From: Tubiluchus corallicola | Lineage: Eukaryota > Animalia > Priapulida | Length of the DNA stretch: 64,000 nucleotides | Assembly: GCA_030141605.1 (NCBI GenBank) | Contig: JAQGDQ010000079.1 | Span: 372,001-436,000, forward strand | Direction of reading: 5' to 3' | Part shown: positions 22,865 to 35,239 of the stretch, in pieces | How the letters are laid out: each line of letters starts with the position of its first letter | How positions within the stretch are numbered: the stretch's first letter is position 1 | The notes under the pieces: model-generated | The model's input: only the letters and a program-made list of their open reading frames with translations | Told to the model about the DNA's origin: nothing | Database searches by the model: none | Program-made: the position numbers and the translations under genes

Positions 22865-25800
22865 ATGATGCTTCGGTTTTTCCACGGATTCACGCATTTT
22901 GGTGCGATATTTGTTCTAGCAAGAGTGTTGATCTTACCTCATTGGGGCTTTCCTCTTCCTATTGGTCATCGCAGTAAACGTCAAACTTATGGCGGTTCTG
23001 ATTGGATGGGACAGTTGCCACCGTCTGTATCGGACAATGTTCCAATTAATGGGCTTGCCATTCCAGGTACACCGCTCATCCTTTTTAACTTTTTGTGGTA
23101 TTGCATTTGTAACTTACATTTGCGCAGCTTTCTAGTTTCCATCTGCGTTAATTTACAAGATGTGTAAGTGTGACTAATTACGTTCACAGGTATACTATCT
23201 AAGTACTAACAGCAAATAAAAGTTGTTGAATTTAAATAACAAAATTAACAAAATAATAATTATAGAACTGCATAAAAATTAGCTGTACACATGTAGTGCA
23301 CAAAAATCTTGAATTTTTTCCTTGCTATAGTGACTTTGAGATAGTATCAGTAGTACACATATAACTCCAGTGGGTCTGCTCATGTTTTATGTGACATTTC
23401 ACCGAGAATTAATTAAATTACTGTTTATTAGACTTACACTGTGTTAAATTGCTGATTAACTGAATACCTCACTGCCTGCCAGCCTACCAGCCTACCCTAT
23501 TAACTGACTAAATAGCTGAATGACAGATTGACTAATTGAGTTGATTGACCCACTGACAAATTCGCAAAGTCTCAAAAGACTTAATTAATTCTTAGCTCTT
23601 AGGTTGGTGTTAATCATTTAACTTAATAGTGAATCACCAAAATTTACCTTAGTTGTTAGCTAACCAATTTACCAGCTGAATGTCTTGAATGTCTGGTTGA
23701 TCAGTTTACGTACTGACTGGTTGGTTGTCTGACTCACTGAATAACTGACTGACTGGTTGGATGGTTGGCTGTTGGCTGGCTACCTGATCTAACTCTCTGA
23801 CAGTCTGAATGTTAACTAGTTGCGTTTCTGAGTTTCTTAGAAACCTGGCGTTTCAATGCACAATTTTAATTGGTAACTTAAACTCCGCATCAATTTTTTT
23901 GTTATGTTGCCAGTCAAAAAGCTCAGCAGAATTCGTCTCCTTGTAGTACATATACTCGTAATACTATACGCCATAATTGCATCATACTGGAGAGATCAAC
24001 AGCGGATTGGTATACATGTATGTAGCTAGACTGGAAAAATTATTTTGTGTTAGTAAACTACAAAAAGGTCAAATATTCTGTAAAAAAAACTGTGCATGGC
24101 ATATAAAAACTATATACTGCATTAATGAGTAATACATATAATTACGTTTTTCCGTTTTAACCTTCAAATAACCTTTAACCTTGTGTCATTTAATACAGTT
24201 AAACAACTTTAGTTACAAGTGTCAATTTAATATAATGCACAACATACTTTGTGCATTCACCATCGAAAGTCAAATTTCACCTCCACCATCGGACCAATTA
24301 CATTGATCATAATTACACAATTTGTTTCATGGCATGCTTTCAAATGACATATTACAAGATACACTTTCTACATTCCTCGCCAAAGATCACATATTTGATA
24401 GACAGGCCAGCCCGACCCACCCCCCGACATTGTTCCAAAATTTATTTAATTATCACAGTTTAATTGTCTCATGACGAGCTTTCAAATGATGCACAACACC
24501 AAGTAGTTGCACATTGCACACTTTTTTTTACAAAAGATCTCCCTTTGTAGACCCATCCTCCAAAGCTGGTCCCTCCACAGCCCCACTCTCTTAACCAAAG
24601 TAAATTAATTAGATTCTGTGTACAAGAACTCTACAGCTTCTATCACTCTCCTGAGTTTCAGTAACTTGTTACAGTGTGTTAAAGGCCCAGGAGGAGATAG
24701 CTTCAAAACTTTTTTGAGAAACACCCATCCAAGGTCACCGAGTACAGATCCCGAGTTATTAACCCAAATAAAAGCCGCAGGAGAAATAAATAAACGAGAA
24801 ACTTTTCAAAGGCTAGGGCATTTCAAGGTACATTGAACCGACAATATTATATTGAACTATCAATAACTATCAATATGTACAGTGAAATACAAATAAACGA
24901 GTAACTCATTCAAAGCAAAGGTATCTCACTGTAATTACCAACTATTAGTTGGCTAGCTGATTGTCTGTTACTGATTACAGTATTTGATTTGTGATTGGCT
25001 TATTGTCTTATTGACTATCTAACTAATTAATTGATTGACTGAACTAACCGACTGACTGACTGACTGACTGACTGACTAAACGAATGAATAGCTTACTAAC
25101 TAACAGTGGGCTTAAAAATAATTGCTTTTCAGCTGTTAATTAAAGGTTTATATGTAAGTTATTACATGGCAACAGATATTTTTACTAATTGGCTGTATCT
25201 ATTCTCTGACTGTCGAATATTTGGTGATTAATTACCTGTCTGACTGATGCGTGCTTTTAGCTTTTTATGGTGTGTCTACACGCAGTCGTTTGCTTCACTT
25301 ATTAGTACGTTGACTAATTGTTTCGCTCACTATTTTTGTTTGTGTTTTTTTAGGAACACATAATTCGTTCTCAAACTCGCTTACTCAAGTCCCGGGACCA
25401 GATTTGCCGCCGTCTATAAAAGATCTTTTGAATTTTTACGTCGCTTTTTTTCCGGGTGCTCTTAATGTATGAACATATTTAAATTTGATTATAACAGTTT
25501 ATCACATAGTGTTGGCTGTATTGCTGAAATCAGCACAGATTATAGATTGATTTAAACACAAAATTTTAGAAGTTGAAAAGATCAACAGAGTGAAAATTTG
25601 AAAAAAAAAACAGTAACTAGGCCAGGGTATGAACCATTGATCTTCGGCGCATGATCTTTGGAAGTCTGTGCATTGCGAACTAGGCCATCAAAACAAAGCT
25701 AGGCCGTTTGCAACAAGAATGAATGGATTCAAATCCAAATTAGCGAGCGTGTGTTTACACATGACTACAACTGGTCGAATGTGACTAACTCATGTCTATA

Positions 25801-26884
25801 TCACAAAAATTCAATGCGTGCTGTGTGCTGGATGTTTAGCATTAATTTTCTAAATTTAGCTTAAAATTCTAGGAGGCATTGACAATCAAAAAACTGACCA
25901 TTGTCCAGTGTCCTTGACATTTTTGACTGAGGTCGCTAGTTGTTCACCGTGCAATTTTCAAGGCTCCTAACATGAATTGTAAAGTGGAAAACTGGAAGCC
26001 AAAGATAATGAAAAATAAAAAATCAGCCTCAGAGTTTTTCTTAAATCTGCTCGCAAATAAAAAATTGTTTTGTTTTTTTGCTGTTTCGGCCTACTTGATT
26101 TACAATTTTGAATTTATGCAAATACTTCGAAAAATACAATATTTACTTCTATTTTATCTTATAGGAAGCATTAGGTTGGTCTAAATGTCAAAATATGGGA
26201 CCATGGGAACAACTTGAACTTGGAATACGCTATTTTGATGTTCGAGTAGCTGGCTTTCCTGATAGTGATCAAACATTTATTACACACGGCTTTCTTGGAG
26301 AAGAGGTGACTAAAGTCTTGGATGAAGTCAACGATTTTTTGCTGCTGCACCCAAAAGAGGTTGTGCTCATCGATTTGCAGCATTTTTACAATGTGTCAAG
26401 AATCGCTCACAGTCATTTACTCAATTTTCTGGAACACAAGTTTGGTAGAAAACTGACGCCAAGAAATGGCAGTTTTGGCACATTGAAGTCTTTGTGGGAT
26501 CAAGGGCGTCAAGTTGTGCTCATATATCAGAGTGAAGTAGCTGCAGAGAAGAACCATGTTTGGGATAGCAACAGTATTGAACAGCCTTTTCCTGACACTG
26601 ACAATGCAACTGTCCTGTCAACGTTCCTAGAGGAAACTTACGGTGAAAGGTCGCTTGACAAACTACATGTAACTCAGGGAATTTTAACACCAAGCCAGAC
26701 CACTATAACAGCAAAATTTGGAGACAGCATTGAAGGAGCTTTGGCTCCGCTTGCTAACCATGCAGTGACGGAATGGCTGCTAGAAAAGCAAGCAGGAATT
26801 AACGGGGTCAATGTAGTTTTAGTGGACTATGCAGAAATAGGCAGCATGGTTCCAGCCATTTTAGAATTAAATACTGCACCTTAA
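22865..26884 (+). CDS. PLCXD: PI-PLC X domain-containing protein (PLCXD-like); exons 22865-23066, 25354-25466, 26165-26884; about 344 aa
   Basis: DWMGQLP..PINGLAIPG|THNS (first catalytic His), WSKCQ..EQL..GIRYFDVRV, FITHG (second His), HPKEVVLIDLQH, NVVLVDY. GT-AG introns in phases 1 and 0 keep the frame. Confidence 0.9.
25620..25689 (-). mobile_element. tRNA-derived SINE head relic
   Basis: Minus strand: A-box-like TGGCCTAGTT and B-box-like GGTTCATACCC. No cloverleaf. Confidence 0.4.
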
Positions 26885-28964
26885 AGAAAACAGTTGTATG
26901 AGGACAAAAACGCAACGTAAATTATACTTAGAAAAAAGAATTTTATATGATTGTGTACTTAAACAGCAAGCACGTTGCTTACCATGTAGAAATTTGTTAA
27001 ATAAAGACACTTCTGTCGTGTCTTTTACTTCTATTTATTCTTCTTTTACCTCTCCAAGGATGTCAGTCTGGATGCCGATCGTAGTCTGGTTGAACACACC
27101 CGCTACAATGGCATAAGACAAATTCCAAGCTAGTCCTTGGATTAAGGTCCTTTGTTGGTTTGCTAAATTGCTCTTTGATCTCCCAACCTATTAGAATTTA
27201 AAAAGAAAGTACTTATCTCCTGTAAATCGTCCAGACGCGCCCAAAAGTGTAAAAATGAATTTGCTAATGAGCTTGATTATAACAAAGTTTATATTTAATT
27301 CTTGCTTCAGTTTTGATTAGTTAAAGAATTATTTTCATATAACTAACTGCATGTTTACTACGTGTGTACAATGTATAACGAGTACTGTTATTTTTGTACA
27401 TTTAATTTTTGTACCACTCAATAGATATTTGCATAAAATACACAGAACTACACAACGGTGTTTTGAGTTTGTTTTCGATGCAAAACAAACGAATCTTGTT
27501 TTGAATTTTGTTTTCGAATAGTACGCTCATATCAACAAAAATAGAGCATTTTAAAGTACGTACGATATCATAGAACGACGTAAGACAAACACTGACAAAA
27601 ACTACAAAAATAAACGACTGAGACCTAGGACTAAATTAAAAAGTGGACATGGTGCTTTAACACAATATGTACTACATGTCAGAATGATGTAATAGATTAT
27701 TATTCTATTAGACCGTTTAAAAAGACTTATGAACTGCATTTACTGAATTTTGTAAGTTGAATTCACATGCAGTGATAAAATAAAAAATATTCATCCGCGC
27801 GTTCAGCAAATTAACCAGTAAGAAACAGCCGGCTAATCAGTCAACGAAGACAGACCAATAAACTGTTCGATCAAATAAACAACCAGCGAAAAAAACAGTT
27901 GACCACAAATGGACCTATAACCAACTAGTTAAACTAGCTTATAACTATAATTACCTAAGTTAATCAAGAACAGTTTTACAGATAGCTTGGACAAATGTCC
28001 GGCTGTGGTCTCATTTTTAACAGTGTCGAATGTGTTCACAACAACGACAACGCGTGACAGAACAGATTAATTAGGATGGGAATTGGAACTGATAAAATCT
28101 TGGTATGGGTCCAGTGAACCACCAATCAGCTAGCTAGCTGACCAACTGATTGGCTGATTAAACAAATCTACATCCTAAAAACCTATATTACAAAATTATT
28201 ATAAACAAATTATTAAAATTACTATGTAAACAAATGAAAATACAAACGATTTCTATCGCACTGGTGACAAACATTTCAGTTTTTCAACTTGTACAATGCT
28301 TGCTTTTATATTATCACTCCATTATGCCATTTTAAGCATTTAGTAAATGCATATTTGTATAAACATTGTGTTTGTATTTAGATCACGTAACAGAATGGTT
28401 AGGTGTGACTTATCGTCTTCTTGCCTAGCAACTGAGGCAGTTATTGTCCCCTTGCTCAACTCGAACTTATATTTGCTTAATGAAAAAATTCAAAGTCGAT
28501 CAAATACCATATCTCGTGATTCATTCAAAGCCGAAATGTAAATAGTTTGAGCAGTTTTCTCATTGAAACGAAAACTGCAAGTTGGGGAAAGTCATCGTTT
28601 GCAAAATGAAAGTAATTATTTTCAAGATTCGGTTTTGTCTCCTGTAACATAAAGGGATAAATTATAATAATCTAAACTAATAATTCTTGTGATGGAATAA
28701 ATTGCTGAATTTAAACAGATTTACTCGAAAGAAAAGAAATGTGAAAAAGTCGGGACACAGTCTGGACTTGAACTAGAAACTATTCACTTGTTAAGCAAAC
28801 GTTATGACAGTAAACAAAAAGTCATTAAGGCAGGTCCTAACTCAGCCTTACATTTGGCCAATTAATTCAGCATTTTTCATTAATTCAACAACTACACTTC
28901 ATAAACTAAAATACCTCCATTTATCTATATACTTTTCCTAAACAATGACAACCTGTTTTCCCAT

Positions 28965-29380
28965 AATTAATGACGATCCCATGCAAATTGGTGGAGTTTT
29001 CGGCTTTTCTCAAAAATTATATTATTGCCGCCATTTTGAATTCGTGAAATGGCAAATCGAAAATCCGTCTCCGTAAGTCGATGCAGAATTCGCTCTAGCA
29101 TAATTTCTATAAAGTTTCATGACGATCCATTGCAAAGCTTTAGGCTGTTTTCGAAAATGATGTTATTACCGTCATCTTGAATTCAAAATCGTGGATGAAA
29201 ATCAGATTGTGTCAGTCGATGTGGAATTCATTCTAGCACATTCGTCTGAAGATTCGTGATGATCCATAGCAAAATTACGGAGTCTTGTTTTTTTTCAAAA
29301 AACAAGTCCCGCACAATAAAAACAAGAACAACAACATCCGTTTGAGCAGCGATTTGGGTAGAGCCTTTGACCAACCAGGA
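28965..29380. repeat. Interspersed element with about three degenerate 140-150-bp internal repeats (HINE-like)
   Basis: TGAYGATCC..GCAAA at 28971, 29120 and 29258. GCCATTTTGAATT-like motif repeated. Ends in an (AAC)n-like run. Confidence 0.45.
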
Positions 29381-29984
29381 AATTTAAATCTATATGAATT
29401 TTGCAATTTTAGTTTACATTTATTTCTTTAGTCTAGTCAATTTATTTTCCGTATCAAATCTGAATCTGGGAAATGGGTCACTCTTTAATTAAGCTAGTTC
29501 TTCCTGAAGGCTTCGTCAAGATGGCGGAAGCGATTACTTTCCACTTTCCTAAAACCACTACCACCCGATAGGTCTAGTTTTAAGAAATATAAGATGAAAG
29601 CAAGTCAGAATAAACACATTTTCATTACCAAACCGAAATTCGGTATGATCAACAAATATGCAAAAGAAATAAAACTGCGAATTTTCGATTTATGTCTAAA
29701 GTATCGTCAGACAAAGAATGACAAACCGCGGTATTCGGTGCCTTCCTTTTTAAGCTGGTTAGTAATGCTTTCTTTTTTGTCCCTTTTTGTATAATTGTTT
29801 GGACCTGCTTTTCGAGGCAGGGACCTAACAAGTTTTCACTTCTGATGTCTGTCTAATACGTTAAATGTATGTTGTGAAGAAGATTCTGCTGTCAGAATTG
29901 TAATTAATATTTAGGAATATTTTTCTTTACGTTTCTACTGTAAGTTTATATTTATTTTATTTATAGAAAAATAAATTCATTCAT

Positions 29985-31620
29985 AATAATGTAATAATAA
30001 AATATATTTTATAAAGCACACGTTCAAGCAAAACGCTTTCAATGGCACTGTACAGTAAAATATCATGGTTACAATTGACAATTAAGAAAATGTAATACTA
30101 ATAAAATTCTTGAAAATTTTGCACAAAACCCACAAATCGACTACAAGAAATTATAGTAAAAAATAGGTCATTACTGAGTTTACAACAGCTGGAATTAATC
30201 GCAATACCTTGTAAAGAGATGTGTCTTCAAGCGTTTTTAAATAGTTGCATTGTAGAAACAGTTCTGAGGTTATGAGGCAAGGAGTTTAAATATTTTGTTA
30301 GAATTGAAGAAAATCCAAAGTCGCCAAAAGTTCACTATGGGAAGATTTACTTGCCCGTGTTTCCCTACGCTAGTTGCGTTTTTATGTAACTTATCAGACA
30401 TGTAGACAGGAGAGAGTCCGTGTAAAGCTTCGTAGGTGAAAACTAACAGCATATATAATTATACACCTAATTCTAATCGGTAAACAGTGCAGGTAAAATG
30501 TAGAAGTAGTGGCACTATCGTACTTTCTTGCACGAACAGCAACCTTTGCTGCTAAATTCTGAAGGCGCTGCATAGGTTGGACGGCCGATAGGTTGGATCG
30601 GTTGCATAGGTTGGGTGAATGCCGAATGCGTGATCATCAGCATAGCTAAGCAACGTTGCTGATTTATTTTGAGTGTACTCATCTAGCTTTTCGGCATAGC
30701 ATCTAAAAACTACCTGTCCAAGACTACCTCCTTGAGGAACTGAATAATTTATAACCATTTGTTGAGATAATTGGTCATTCACTTGCACCTCAAAATACCT
30801 GTCACGCAGATAATCAGTACACCAGAGATGCCAAACCTTTTTTCAAGAACGTCGTAAAGAATTTTGTGGTTAACAGTGTCAAACGCTGCTGTCAACTCCA
30901 GGGCTACCACACATGACACATCGGTTTTTTCCATTGATTGCTATACGTTATCAGTCAATCCTAGCAATGCTGTCTCTGTAGAATAATTTGAGCGATACCT
31001 GCTCTGATAGTCAGGTAAAAGTGAATGGTTTTCAATATGACTCAGTAGTTGCAACTGTACCACTCTCTCGACAATTTTCGTCAAAAATGATAGATTACTA
31101 CTTGGTCTACAATTCGAAAAAACAGCCTCCAGATTTGGTTTTTTAATCAGTGTGCTTCCATATATCTGAAAACACGCGTTGCATTAGAGATAAATTAATA
31201 AGCCTTGGAACTACAGGCAGGAGTACATCAATAAACTATTTTAAAGGGCCAGCAGGCCAAACATCTTATACACATGTAGTCAATTTGGATGTGGTAACCA
31301 GTTTGCGCACATCTTCATCAGTGACCAACTTAAATTCTGAAAAATTTTCACAATGTTCCAGTGTAGGAGTAAAATATATGGCATTGCCAAAGGATTTCGT
31401 AATATTTTCTGTTTTATTGAAAAAGAACCCAGCGAAATCATCAGCTAAATTCTTTTCTAAACTTTTTAAATCCATGAACAATATACCTGGAAAATTAATA
31501 GTATTAATTAGAGTTATTTTTTTGAATTCCGACAATGATTTAGACTGAATCGAAAATTGGCAATTTTCTATCTTTTGCATTTTATTTCATTGATCATACT
31601 GAAGTCTGAATTTCTGTTTG
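29985..31620 (-). mobile_element. 5'-truncated, decayed non-LTR retrotransposon (L2/CR1 group) ORF2 reverse transcriptase
   Basis: Frameshifted fragments: RP.SNLSFLTKIVERVV, YQS.YR..YSTETALL, AAFDTVNH, SVPQG..LG, YADD, and C-terminal LH.LP..TYEALHGL.P.Y. AT-rich (TAT)n-like tail near 29990. Confidence 0.88.
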
Positions 31621-32781
31621 CTAATGAAAATGCAATTATTCGGCCTACTTTTATCTTATAATTCCGCTTTGCAACACTTATTGCCGAACTGCATAAAAAT
31701 CGGGCTTAGATTTAGAATAAGTTAGTTTCTTTTTATTTTTGTTTTTCTGTATAGTCTATGTTCTTAGAAGCGAAGAAACTACTTTTGAAATTTTTATGAA
31801 CAACGATAACTATGATAGCGAAAAGAAGCCGGAAGCGTTAAAAAATCGTCCTTGACCAACGAAAAGTCATCGTCAGTTTTTGGTATTTTACATCTTCTTC
31901 AATATAGATGGCTGGCTGAACAGACAACTGTGGGAAGATACGTAGCAGCATATACGAGCATAAATTCCTCCTGCGTCTATTGCATCTGTCGATGCCTCTC
32001 CTTAGTAGAAGTAGTATAATCTTTATTTTGCCTTTTTAAAAACATTGACCATTATGATCAAAAGACAGACAATCAGTGTTAGTTCATACAAAAACATACA
32101 CTGTTCTGGGCAAATGTGTCTGGTGCGAGGTAAACTATAAGTGCAACTAGAAATTGAAAAATAAAAGATAAACTACAAACACACAACGCACTACGATAAA
32201 ACTACACAATTTTTTTCTCTCTTTCTTCTAATACACACATTTTCATGTCCGCTTGCACGCACGTACGCACCCACTCACACATACACACACACGCACACAC
32301 CTTAGTGAAGCAAGTTTCATTATTAAAAATGACATGTAGGAATAACTTATATCACAAAAGCAGAAATAGACGGGATACTGAATGTAGGTAGTTCCTCAAC
32401 GTAGAAGCAGTCTGTGATTATTCTATGGTCATTCTACGTTTGCTGACTTAATATAATAATAATATATAATAATATAATGATTATTTATTTTCACATCAGT
32501 ACAACACTACAGAACAAATACATGTACAAGAAATAAAATAACCAAAATAACAAATTAACATCAAATCAGAAAAATTTACATAGGTCGTGCATATTGTACT
32601 GCAGAACGCTTGAGAAGCTGAGAGCTTGTAAAAGCTTTCTGAAAATGTGAAAAAGAGAAAGAAGAAAAGGTTAGTAGTAGTAATAAACGTCGGAGAAACA
32701 TAGTGCGAAGAATGTATACATAAACTACAATTAATGTTTGTAAATTTGACAGTTGACAAAGATATTTGTTTGTTTTTGTAG

Positions 32782-33009
32782 GTTGTACTTGAAGTAACCA
32801 AAAATCGAGATAACATTAATGTTAACATTGTTGAAGAACGTGCCAGAGCTGTGGAGCTCATTGATCATATGAATCGAAATCTGAGTGGAGATTTAGATTC
32901 GTGTGTTTTTAACAGTGAACAGCCACGTGAAACTGTATATGTGAGCAGCCCGGATGTTTCTAACAACTTTGTAACAAAACCTAAACACAGTCTTGTGGGA
33001 AAGACTTAA
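32782..33009 (+). other. Candidate orphan terminal coding exon (75 aa, unknown product)
   Basis: Strong acceptor TTTGTTTTTGTAG then an open phase-0 frame VVLEVTKNRDNINVNIVEERARAVELIDHM..VGKT*. Candidate donor GAG|GTAAAC at 32129/32130. Confidence 0.35.
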
Positions 33010-34979
33010 CCCTAATTAAATCAGTCAGTATAAGCAATTAACTGACGAAGTGCTTAAAAATTTAACTAATACGTCAAATGAGCTATATTTAGGCAAAAAT
33101 ACAGAATGTTCCAATCCACGCCATTGATAAATTTTACGAAAACTTGTGTTCTGTCTTGCAAACTGCGGCTAATTGCGTAATTCCAACCAACTCAACAGAT
33201 GGCAGCAGGGGAAATGCATATAAAGCCATTCCTGGCTGGAAGGATTATGTACAGTATTTGCCTTCCATGAATAATATCGGTTTGACGTTTTGCATTGGAT
33301 AAATAAATTCAAAACTTAGGCAAGGTTTCTTTGCTGAATATATGAGAATTGTCAGATCACGATTTAAATATGCAGAATGATAGCCACGATTTTTAATCAT
33401 CTGTTCGGACTCGTATAACTGGTAAACTGCTTCTATCAAACAAAGTTGGAAACGCAGTTACCGAGGAAGATACACGTGGAAGTGTTCTTATGACTTATTT
33501 ATTTCAGTCGAAATTATCCTGTTGCACTGTAGTTAGAATTCGAAAGAGCAAACAATAGATCATATTTCTACTTTACTTTTTTGTTAATTGATTAGGCCTA
33601 CTTTAGTAATCATAGGCAACGCAGTTAATAGTTATGTTTCGGCATATGGCTATGACGATTTTAACTAAAAATAACTATCTGGTTGTTAGCTAACGTAATT
33701 ACGTTCAGTCTGTAACATTTTACTTACCTGAATTCCTTTCAGCCACCTATAGGGTTTTAATTAATTTAGTTGACCAATACTACTAGCTTTTCGTTTAGTT
33801 AGCTGTTCAAGTCCTCTAAAGCGATCAAACGTCGATGGGGAGTCAAATCAGAAAAATAAAAAAAATAGCCAAATATAGACTCATACAATATCATGTTATA
33901 ATTCGCGGTATTCATTATAGAATGAATAATTTTCTGTCAGAATAAATGTGTTGTGCAATATTATTATAAGCAACAATAATTTATGCACATTTTCATGTTA
34001 CCATTAAGTATTTTAATTGACATATTAGCAGATATGTCATTTAAAATTAAACCGCTACAAAAATGCTCTCATATAAACTATTTAATTTTAACTTATTTAA
34101 TACTGATGCATTTGTAATTTGAAAATAGGGAGACTAATAAATATCAAAACCATTATAAAATCGCGACAGCTTTTAAAATTAAAGCAAACTAATAAACAGC
34201 CTAACAAGCAAATGCAGGATTGATTAATAATAAAATGCACTCGCGCGACAGCTAAGTCGCTTTAAGTTGCATAATTTGAACTCATAATTATTATAGACTT
34301 TGTTTTGAGTAGGTAGAGGAGGAGGAGGGGAAATAGTACTTTATGAGCTGCATATTTACAATTATTTGTTTGGCAGTGTTTTTTTAAAGCTCTTCCAGTA
34401 TAAAATGGAATGTTCAGAAAAAGGAAATCACTTTTTTAAGAATTTCTCCTTCAGTGTTGCTTAAATCTGAATTCTGTTGCTGGTCTGCAATAGTTTGCTC
34501 GTGTTTGATAAGATCTTATGCAGCAGTCATATTCTCAATTTGAGCCTTCTGATTCATTTTAAATGAAATTGCCCTCATAACGCATGACATCATTAGTTAC
34601 TGCCCAGCAGAATCGCTTCTTATACACTCTTAATGAAACGTTGCATGTTATTCGTTCTGCACCTGCGTGAGCCTTACCAGCTATGACATTTATCATCAAT
34701 TGCTACTTATTCTGCATCTCACGTCAATTTTTGTAATTGGACGACATCTTAGAGTATCTCAGGCGCGATTACTACAGTAAGGTATAGAAGTACCTGCTAT
34801 AACGTTGTGGACAATCACCAAGTTTAACTGCGCTGAAAGGTCGCATATAAATTATATCGTCGTTTTTCGTTAAAAACAAAGCAAATTTGTTTTCTTGAGG
34901 AGAAAAGGCTCTTTGATTGGAGGAGAGCTTGTGATTTACAGCAGTTCTCACAGGAAAGAAAAGTTTGAAAATTAAATTT

Positions 34980-35180
34980 AAATCAGTTTTAATGGAGACG
35001 AAACATTTGTAATTATAAATCAGTTTTCACTAAGAAGACAAATTTGTAACTCTAAATCAGTTTTCATAGAGAATAAAGGCGTAACTAAATTAGTCCAATG
35101 TGGAGCAGAAAATAGACGTTGACGAAAGAAAATACTAGTAATTTGAAATCAGTTAAGAAAGACTTGCAGCTATAAATTAA
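34980..35180. repeat. Degenerate 37-bp tandem repeat just upstream of the sGC ATG
   Basis: AAATCAGTTTT at 34980, 35017 and 35054, with weaker copies after. Confidence 0.6.
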
Positions 35181-35239
35181 TCTTAATTCAGTAACAATTA
35201 TCCTGGAGAAGAAAGTAGATTAACTGACGGAGCAAAAAT

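Noticed and set aside
26165-26884. Recent horizontal transfer or bacterial contamination of a PI-PLC
   Set aside because: The gene has spliceosomal introns, host-like composition and metazoan PLCXD-type motifs.
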